Source: Candidatus Eiseniibacteriota bacterium
GTDB lineage: Bacteria > Eisenbacteria > RBG-16-71-46
DNA length: 64,000 nucleotides
Direction: 5' to 3'
Assembly (NCBI GenBank): GCA_963744995.1
Contig: CAVUWA010000003.1
Coordinates: 64,001-128,000, forward strand
Shown here one piece after another: positions 57,768 to 64,000 of the stretch; position 1 is the stretch's first letter; every line of letters begins with the position of its first letter. Position numbers and translations under genes: made by a program. The notes beneath the pieces were generated by a model. That model was not told the origin of the DNA. It saw only the letters and a program-made list of their open reading frames with translations, and did not search any database.

Positions 57768-59072
57768 TTACGGACCGATTGGAATGTTCTCGGCGGACTG
57801 GACGGTCACGACCCGCGGCGACCATGCGGGCGACAGCGCTTCGCGACCGCCGGTGTTCAGTTTCCGCGGGGAGCGGCCGTCCAGATCGGTGATCCAAATC
57901 CCCTGGGCACCGTCCCGGTTCGACGCGAACACCAGATGTCTCGCATCCGGTGACCACCGCGGGTTTTCGTTGCTGCCGCCGCTCACGGCGAGACGCAAGT
58001 CCGTCCCGTCGGTGCGGCACGTATAGATGTCGAACCCCTCACCCGTGCGCGCGACGAACGCGATGCGGTCGCCTTTCGGCGACCACGCCGGTGAGTCCGT
58101 GTAATTCACGTCGAACGTCAGCCTGCGCACATTACCACCTTCACTCCCCATCAGGTAAACCTGCGGAACGCCGCTGCGATCCGAGGTGAAAGCGATCTCG
58201 AGCCCCGTCGGCGACCAGCTCGGCGAGGTGTCGATCGCGCGGTTGGTCGTCAGCCGGACCGGGTTCCGGCCGCGCGCATCGAGGCGGTAGATCTCCGGAT
58301 TACCGTCCACGCTCAGGGTCGCCGCAATCGACTGGCCGTCCGGGGAGTAGGCCGGGGTGGTGTTGTTCCCCGGCCGGCCCGAGATCAGGTAGGTCTTCCC
58401 TCCGGCGGAGGGGATCACGTAGATGCGCGGGCCGTTGCCGTCGCGATACGAGGTGAACAACAGCAGGGATCCTTCCGGCGACCACGCCGGTGACAGCGCG
58501 ATCGAATGGTCCGCCGTCAGGCGCTGAAGGCCGGCGCCGTCCAGGTCCATCACGAACAGCTCCTTCGCCGAGCCCTCGTTCGCGACGAACGCGATCCGCG
58601 TGCTGGCGACACCCGGCTCACCGGTGAACTGCTGCACGATGTCGTCGGCGAGCGCATGCACCAGCGAACGCCACGACTTGAGCGAGCCGCGATATTCCTT
58701 GATGAGGATCGGCCGCCGCGCCGGCAGGTCACGCACCTCGCCGGTGAGACGCACGCGGTCGCCCCGCACTTCCCACTTGCCGCCGATCACGGCCTGCACG
58801 TCGAAGGCCTGCTCCGCCCCGGTCCAGGCGCGGGTCACCGCGAAGACCGCCGACTGTTCGAGATCGGCCGCCAGCACTTCGTCGGCCTGCACGCTCCAGG
58901 CCCGCGCCTGCCGGTCGCCCTGCGGCGTCATGCTCTCGCAGTGCACGCGGATCCGGCGCACGGCGTCGGATCGGACGTCGATCCGCACCTCGCTCGGCTG
59001 TGCCCACGCGGGCTGCACGAGCGCCACAGCGGCGAGGCAGGTCAACAGCGCTCGGAATGCCATGCGGAACAT
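57768..59072 (-). CDS. tolB: Tol-Pal beta-propeller protein TolB
   Basis: Signal peptide, TRIAFV, repeated SPxWSPxG (PD40) blades. Confidence 0.95.
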   Translation of the reverse strand: MFRMAFRALLTCLAAVALVQPAWAQPSEVRIDVRSDAVRRIRVHCESMTPQGDRQARAWSVQADEVLAADLEQSAVFAVTRAWTGAEQAFDVQAVIGGKWEVRGDRVRLTGEVRDLPARRPILIKEYRGSLKSWRSLVHALADDIVQQFTGEPGVASTRIAFVANEGSAKELFVMDLDGAGLQRLTADHSIALSPAWSPEGSLLLFTSYRDGNGPRIYVIPSAGGKTYLISGRPGNNTTPAYSPDGQSIAATLSVDGNPEIYRLDARGRNPVRLTTNRAIDTSPSWSPTGLEIAFTSDRSGVPQVYLMGSEGGNVRRLTFDVNYTDSPAWSPKGDRIAFVARTGEGFDIYTCRTDGTDLRLAVSGGSNENPRWSPDARHLVFASNRDGAQGIWITDLDGRSPRKLNTGGREALSPAWSPRVVTVQSAENIPIGP

Positions 59073-59731
59073 CAGGGCCCCCCGTATTCGAAGCCGAAGT
59101 GAACGCCGAGATCGCCGCCTTTGTAGCCTTCGGGGAGCGGAGGCAGCGGATTGCTGATCGCGACGGCGCGCAGCGCCGAACGGTCGAAGAAATCGCGTCC
59201 GCTCGCGTTCTCGACGCCGACCCCGATGATCGACCCGTCGCGCGCGATCTTGAAGTAGATCACCGCGCGCACCGGCTGGCCGCCGGTGACGAGGCCGCTC
59301 GGCGGGGTCCAGCTCTGCGCGATGCGGTTGCGAACGAGGAGCAGGTAGTAGGTGAACTCGAAATCGGAGGCGTCGACGGACACCGCGCCCGAAAGCCCCG
59401 AGTTGCCGACCCTGGCGTACGGCACGTTGGGCGAATGCGGCGCGGTCTCCTGCTGTTTCTCGGGCTCCTCCGCCTTCGGCTTCGGCTTCGGTTTGGGCGG
59501 CGAGATCTTCACGCCGGACTCCTCGACCGGCTCGATCTTCGGCGCCTCCTTCTCCGGCTCGCGTGGCTTCGGTGCCGGCGGCGGCATGGCCGGGCGCAGT
59601 GCCGGAGCGTCGTAGAGCGCGACCTGGACCACGTCGCCGGGCACGATGAGCGGCGCCGAGTATTTCACCGCGAACAGGATGATGAGCCCGACGAGATGGA
59701 CGACCGCCGAGCCGACGATGGAGGCGCGCAT
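59072..59731 (-). CDS. TolA/TonB family energy transducer
   Basis: TM SAVVH motif, Pro/Lys-rich linker, TonB_2 C-terminal domain (FDRSALRAV..PLPPLP). Confidence 0.9.
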   Translation of the reverse strand: MRASIVGSAVVHLVGLIILFAVKYSAPLIVPGDVVQVALYDAPALRPAMPPPAPKPREPEKEAPKIEPVEESGVKISPPKPKPKPKAEEPEKQQETAPHSPNVPYARVGNSGLSGAVSVDASDFEFTYYLLLVRNRIAQSWTPPSGLVTGGQPVRAVIYFKIARDGSIIGVGVENASGRDFFDRSALRAVAISNPLPPLPEGYKGGDLGVHFGFEYGGP

Positions 59732-59738
59732 CCGCGGA

Positions 59739-60140
59739 TCACCTCTTCCTCGCGGGCGGTTCCGTCACGAGTCCCAGGGAGGACACGCCCGCCGCGCGCA
59801 TGCGCGAGATGAGCTCCACGATCGTGCCGTACGGCACGCCCTGGTCGGCACGCAGGAACACCGGCCGCTGCGCCGCGCCTGCCGAAGCCAGCGCCTTCTC
59901 GAAGTTTTCGATCGGCACCTTCTGGCGCCCGACCGCAATCGTGCGATCGGACTTCACGCTGACGATCAGGCCCTCGCGCACGTCGAGACCGCGGGAGGCG
60001 ACCTTCGGCAGGTCGATGTCGAGTCCGCCCTGAAGGAACGGGGCCGTGACCATGAAGATGATGAGCAGCACGAGCACCACGTCGACGAGCGGCGTGACGT
60101 TGATCTCCGCCATCGGCTGGCGGGGCGCACCGAGCTTCAT
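59739..60140 (-). CDS. tolR: TolR/ExbD
   Basis: [33 protein letters not shown]. Confidence 0.95.
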   Translation of the reverse strand: MKLGAPRQPMAEINVTPLVDVVLVLLIIFMVTAPFLQGGLDIDLPKVASRGLDVREGLIVSVKSDRTIAVGRQKVPIENFEKALASAGAAQRPVFLRADQGVPYGTIVELISRMRAAGVSSLGLVTEPPARKR

Positions 60141-60877
60141 CAGGCCGTTTCCTGCAGCCGGGCCGCGGACTTCGCCGGTCCCGTCGCGGGCGCGACGCGA
60201 CGGTCGAGGAATTCCGTGGCGAACGCGGCCATCTGGTTGCTCAGCTCGCGCAGCCGCTGCAGGAAATGGTTGTAGCCGACCACAGCGGGAATCGCGGCCG
60301 CGAGCCCGGCGACCGTGGCGATCAGCGCCTCGGCGATTCCGGGCGCCACCACGACGAGCGATGCCGACCCCTGTGCGCCGATGTTGAGGAACGACATCAT
60401 CACGCCCCAGACCGTGCCCATGAGGCCGATGAACGGCGACACGCTGCCGGTCGTGGCGAGGAAGCCCAGGTGACGCTCCAGCTTCGCCGCCTCGTCGTTC
60501 GCCGTGCGCTCCATGGCGCGCTGCGCCAGGTCATAGCGGGCCGACCAGGACATGGTCTCGCCGGAAGGATGCTTCTCGAGCGAGCGCTGCCCGGCGAGCG
60601 CCACCTGAGCGACGACGCTCAGCGGGTGCTGCTCGCAGACGAGCCGGCAGTCGGCGCCCGACTGCAGCCGTCGGAACGCCATCGCGAACGCCTGATCCGC
60701 CTTCATCACCCGTGCGAACAATCGCGAGCGATTCCAGATGATCGCCCACGAATACACGGAGAGCACGAGCAGGATGACGAGGATCGCCTTGGCGAACAGG
60801 CTAGAGTTGGCGATCAGCGCGGGAACGGAGGCCCGCAGGCCGCCACCCAGCTGGAGGATCAGAACGTCGAGGGCCAT
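60140..60877 (-). CDS. tolQ: TolQ/ExbB proton channel
   Basis: [40 protein letters not shown]. Confidence 0.95.
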   Translation of the reverse strand: MALDVLILQLGGGLRASVPALIANSSLFAKAILVILLVLSVYSWAIIWNRSRLFARVMKADQAFAMAFRRLQSGADCRLVCEQHPLSVVAQVALAGQRSLEKHPSGETMSWSARYDLAQRAMERTANDEAAKLERHLGFLATTGSVSPFIGLMGTVWGVMMSFLNIGAQGSASLVVVAPGIAEALIATVAGLAAAIPAVVGYNHFLQRLRELSNQMAAFATEFLDRRVAPATGPAKSAARLQETA

Positions 60878-60971
60878 CGGCTTCACGCTCCTTGTGAAGA
60901 CGGGCAGGAAGGATCCCACCGCGAAATGATGCGCATCGTGTGCACGCTGTGATTGTGTGGGAAGCGTCGGG

Positions 60972-61001
60972 ACGCTAGCACAGCCCCCCCCAGTTCCTCA
61001 A
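60972..61001 (-). promoter_or_regulatory. Putative tol-pal promoter
   Basis: TTGAGG-N18-TAGCGT with a TG extension. Confidence 0.5.
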
Positions 61002-61344
61002 GAAGAACAACGACTTCCGGGCCTGGACCGCAGTCCGCGCACCCGGTCGCGAGGCCGGGCCGCAAAGGCGGGGTCGGGACGGTCCGCCCGCGCGCCCCCC
61101 GGCTCGAGCTCCCGGACGAACCTCCCCCCGCTCCCCTCCATACCCCGCACGCCGCGCGGCATTCCCCCCGATTCGCGCGGCACCCCGCCGATTCGAGCGT
61201 GCCCGCGCGCGAAGCGCGTCAAGCCCCTGAAAATCCTCGCTCCCGCGCTTCCACACGCTGCGTCTCAGGGTTAGTGTTTCGCTTCCTGCGTCCCCGACCG
61301 GGACAGTGCGAGCGTCCGTCACCGCTTTGATCGAGGTTCAGTCC

Positions 61345-61866
61345 ATGAAATGGCAACGCCTTGCGCTCTTCACCGCACCCCTCCTGATCGCCGCCGCCGC
61401 GGTGCAACCCGTCGATTCGATCGGCGCCGCCAGGGCGCGCCATCCGAAGGCGAAGCTCGCGCCGGACTTCTCGATCGCCTCGCTCGGCGGCAAGACCGTT
61501 CACCTCGAGAAGCTCAAGGGGCACCCGGTCATCGTCGACTTCTGGGCTACCTGGTGTGCGCCCTGCCGCTACGCGATGCCGCATCTGCAGGCCATGCAGG
61601 ACCGCTACGGCAAGGGCCAGGACGGGCTCGTCGTGATCGGCGTGTCCGTGGATGACATGGAGCCGGAGGGCGTGCAGAAGTATGTCGATCGCCTCGGCGT
61701 CAAGTTCCAGATCGCGATAGCCAGCGAGGAGATGCTCGACGCCTACGGCCCGCTGCGCGCGCTGCCCACCACGTTCTTCATCAACCGTGACGGCGAGGTC
61801 GTCCGGCGCGTCGTCGGCTACATCGACGAAGAGACGCTCGACGGGTACGTGCGCGAACTCCAGTAG
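61345..61866 (+). CDS. TlpA/ResA-like thiol-disulfide oxidoreductase
   Basis: Signal/anchor, APDF, DFWATWCAPC, LPTTFFINRDG. Confidence 0.93.
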   Translation: MKWQRLALFTAPLLIAAAAVQPVDSIGAARARHPKAKLAPDFSIASLGGKTVHLEKLKGHPVIVDFWATWCAPCRYAMPHLQAMQDRYGKGQDGLVVIGVSVDDMEPEGVQKYVDRLGVKFQIAIASEEMLDAYGPLRALPTTFFINRDGEVVRRVVGYIDEETLDGYVRELQ

Positions 61867-61914
61867 CGCGGGCGGGCGACCGCCGTCCGCGCCGGAGACT
61901 GGACGCAAGACAAG

Positions 61915-61940
61915 AAGGCCACGCGCATCGCGTGGCCTTT
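61915..61940. terminator. Bidirectional intrinsic terminator between the TlpA gene and tRNA-Leu
   Basis: AAGGCCACGCG-cat-CGCGTGGCCTT(T) 11-bp stem between convergent genes. Confidence 0.7.
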
Positions 61941-61949
61941 CGTCGTGAA

Positions 61950-62034
<85 letters not shown>

Positions 62035-62056
62035 ACGACGTCCTGTCCGTCCTCGA

Positions 62057-62452
62057 TTACTTGTTGCCGGCGCCTCCGCCGTTCTGGCCGCCCGACGGCG
62101 TCGTGCCGCTGCCGGTCGGGGGCTGGCTCGGGGTGGTGAGCGGTGCGGGCGCCGGGGCCGGCGCGGGCGCCGAGCGGGCGCGCTGGGCCTGCTCTTGAAG
62201 GAGGCTCTTCGGTGCGCTCTTCAGTCCCGACGTCATGAGGGCGAGCACCAGCGAGGTCAGGAAGAACAGTCCGCCGAGGATGATCGTCGAGCGCGTGACG
62301 ACGTCGGTCGCGCCGCGCCCGCCGAAGACGGTCTGAGCGCTGCCGCCGAACGCGCCGCCGGTGAGGCCGCCGCCCTTGCCGGACTGGACGAGGACGATCG
62401 CGACCAGCGCCAGGCTGATCAGGATGTGGAAGACCAGAAGTACACCGTACAT
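62057..62452 (-). CDS. secG: Preprotein translocase subunit SecG
   Basis: VLVQSGKGGGL.G.FGG, VFGGRG; two TM helices; tpiA-secG-tRNA-Leu synteny. Confidence 0.95.
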   Translation of the reverse strand: MYGVLLVFHILISLALVAIVLVQSGKGGGLTGGAFGGSAQTVFGGRGATDVVTRSTIILGGLFFLTSLVLALMTSGLKSAPKSLLQEQAQRARSAPAPAPAPAPLTTPSQPPTGSGTTPSGGQNGGGAGNK

Positions 62453-62510
62453 GTCGAGGTTTCCTGAGTTCGCGGGTGATGCCGGCCGGACCGGCTCGAA
62501 ACGGGCGGCA

Positions 62511-62539
62511 AGGTTAGCAACGGGGCCCGGGGGCGTCAA
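62511..62539 (-). promoter_or_regulatory. Sigma70-type promoter for secG-tRNA-Leu
   Basis: TTGACG-N17-TAACCT with a TG extension. Confidence 0.7.
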
Positions 62540-62578
62540 CCGCCGCGCCCGGGTCTCGACCGGGGCCGGTGGATGTGC

Positions 62579-63361
62579 TCAGGCCGCACTGCCGGCCGCC
62601 GCCACGATGCGCCAGAACGAGGCCGCTTCGAGCGAAGCACCGCCCACCAGCGCGCCGTCGATCTCCGGCTCGGCGAACAGTTCTGCGGCGTTGTCGGGCT
62701 TGACGCTGCCACCGTAGAGGATCGCCACGTCGGCCCCGACCCCCGGGCCGACCACCCGGTCGAGCGTGGCACGCACGATCGCGTGCGCCTCGCGCGCCTG
62801 GGCGACCGTCGCCACCTTGCCGGTGCCGATCGCCCAGACCGGCTCGTAGGCGACCACGGTGGCCCGCGCGGCGTCGGCCGTCAGCCCGTCGTAGGCGGCC
62901 CGCACCTGCCGCACCAGCACCTCGGCGGTGCGTTCCGACTGGCGCTCCTCGAGCGTCTCGCCCACGCATGCGATCGGCGTCAGCCCGTCGCGCTGCGCGG
63001 CGCGCAGCTTGCGGGCCACGTCGGCGTCGGTCTCCCCCATGACGTGACGGCGCTCGGAATGCCCGACGATGACGAAGCGGCAGCCGAGCGCGGCGATCAT
63101 GCCGCCCGCGATCTCTCCCGTGAAGGCGCCCTTCGGCTCCGCGTGCAGGTTCTGGGCGCCGAGGTGGACCCCGCTTCGCTCGAGACGCGCCGCGACCGCG
63201 GCGAGCCCGGTGAACGGGGGGCACACGGCGATCGCCGCGCGCGTACCGGGCTGGATCAGCGCGGCCAGCTCGCCCGCGAGCGCGGCGCCCGCTGCGGGGC
63301 TGGTGTGCATCTTCCAGTTGCCGGCGACGAGGCGCGGCCGCCTGGGCCATGCGCCGCTCAT
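62579..63361 (-). CDS. tpiA: Triosephosphate isomerase
   Basis: AGNWKM, GAFTGE, GHSERR, AYEPVWAIGTG, YGGSV, LVGGASL. Confidence 0.98.
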   Translation of the reverse strand: MSGAWPRRPRLVAGNWKMHTSPAAGAALAGELAALIQPGTRAAIAVCPPFTGLAAVAARLERSGVHLGAQNLHAEPKGAFTGEIAGGMIAALGCRFVIVGHSERRHVMGETDADVARKLRAAQRDGLTPIACVGETLEERQSERTAEVLVRQVRAAYDGLTADAARATVVAYEPVWAIGTGKVATVAQAREAHAIVRATLDRVVGPGVGADVAILYGGSVKPDNAAELFAEPEIDGALVGGASLEAASFWRIVAAAGSAA

Positions 63362-64000
63362 GCGGGCTCCGCGTCGTCGAGGATCGCGATCCCCGGCAGC
63401 ACCTTGCCTTCGAGGAACTCGAGCGAGGCGCCGCCGCCCGTGGACAGGTGGGTGAAGCGCTCCGCGAGGCCCGACTGCTGCACCGCCGCCACCGAGTCGC
63501 CGCCGCCCACGACGCTCACCGCGCCCCTGCTGCCGGCGTCGGCGATCGCACGCGCCACGCCCAGCGTGCCCCCGGCGAACGCCGGCACCTCGAAGATTCC
63601 CATCGGTCCGTTCCAGACCACGGTCTTCGCGTCACGGAGTTTCTCGCCGAACAGGCGCACCGTCTCGGGACCGATGTCGACGCCGATGTCGGCGTCACCG
63701 ATCTTCTCCACGCTCGTGGCGTGCGCCGGCTGCGAGCCGTCGGTCGCGCCGCTCACCAGGCAGTCCACCGGCAGCACGAACTCCACGCCGGCTTCGGCGG
63801 CCCGCTCGAGCACGTCGCGCGCCATGTCGACACGCTCGTCCTCGACCAGCGACCCGCCGGTGTTCAGCCCTCGAGCCTTGAAGAACGTGAACATCATCGC
63901 GCCGCCGATCAGCAGGCGGTCGACCCGCGCGAGCAGCGCTTCGATCACGTCGATCTTGCCCGAGATCTTGGCGCCGCCGAGCACCGCCACGTAAGGCCGC
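63358..64000 (-). CDS. pgk: Phosphoglycerate kinase, C-terminal part (runs off the right edge)
   Basis: LGGAKISGK, DIGPET, WNGPMG.FE, GGGDS, STGGGASLEFLEGK.LPG. Confidence 0.97.
   Translation of the reverse strand, partial: RPYVAVLGGAKISGKIDVIEALLARVDRLLIGGAMMFTFFKARGLNTGGSLVEDERVDMARDVLERAAEAGVEFVLPVDCLVSGATDGSQPAHATSVEKIGDADIGVDIGPETVRLFGEKLRDAKTVVWNGPMGIFEVPAFAGGTLGVARAIADAGSRGAVSVVGGGDSVAAVQQSGLAERFTHLSTGGGASLEFLEGKVLPGIAILDDAEPA

Noticed and set aside
61160..61200. CCGATTCG direct repeat (20-bp spacing) in the tolQ-TlpA divergent spacer
   Set aside because: Only two short copies with no recognisable regulator motif; could be chance.

Overview
Very GC-rich (roughly 70% or more by eye) chromosomal window from a diderm bacterium, shown by a complete tolQ-tolR-tolA/tonB-tolB-pal-cpoB set and an Omp85 barrel. 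It holds about 62 CDS, mostly on the minus strand in tightly coupled operons, plus tRNA-Leu(GAG). Core genes include pgk-tpiA-secG-tRNA-Leu, tol-pal, dcd, an orphan nuoI, hsp20-dnaK, uppP, murJ, a complete bacillithiol cluster (bshC-bshB1-bshA), rsgA, thrC, nfeD/SPFH, an AttEFGH-type ABC/lipocalin module and citrate synthase. I saw no CRISPR array, transposase, integrase or prophage gene. The most notable unannotated signals are: (1) a free-standing ~130-nt rod-like ncRNA candidate at 42076-42208 with its own promoter and U-tract; (2) a MalT/STAND-type regulator divergent from a 62-aa ORF whose promoter carries an exact 11-bp tandem repeat, resembling afsR-afsS; (3) a gene run linking orphan nuoI with homologues of eukaryotic complex I accessory factors (NDUFA9-like, gamma-carbonic anhydrase, FOXRED1/sarcosine-oxidase-like); (4) sigma54-type promoters before hsp20-dnaK and before a tandem-domain hypothetical gene; (5) many apparently leaderless genes. 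All product calls come from motifs recognised by eye, without database searches. Start codons were adjusted by hand from the ORF track.
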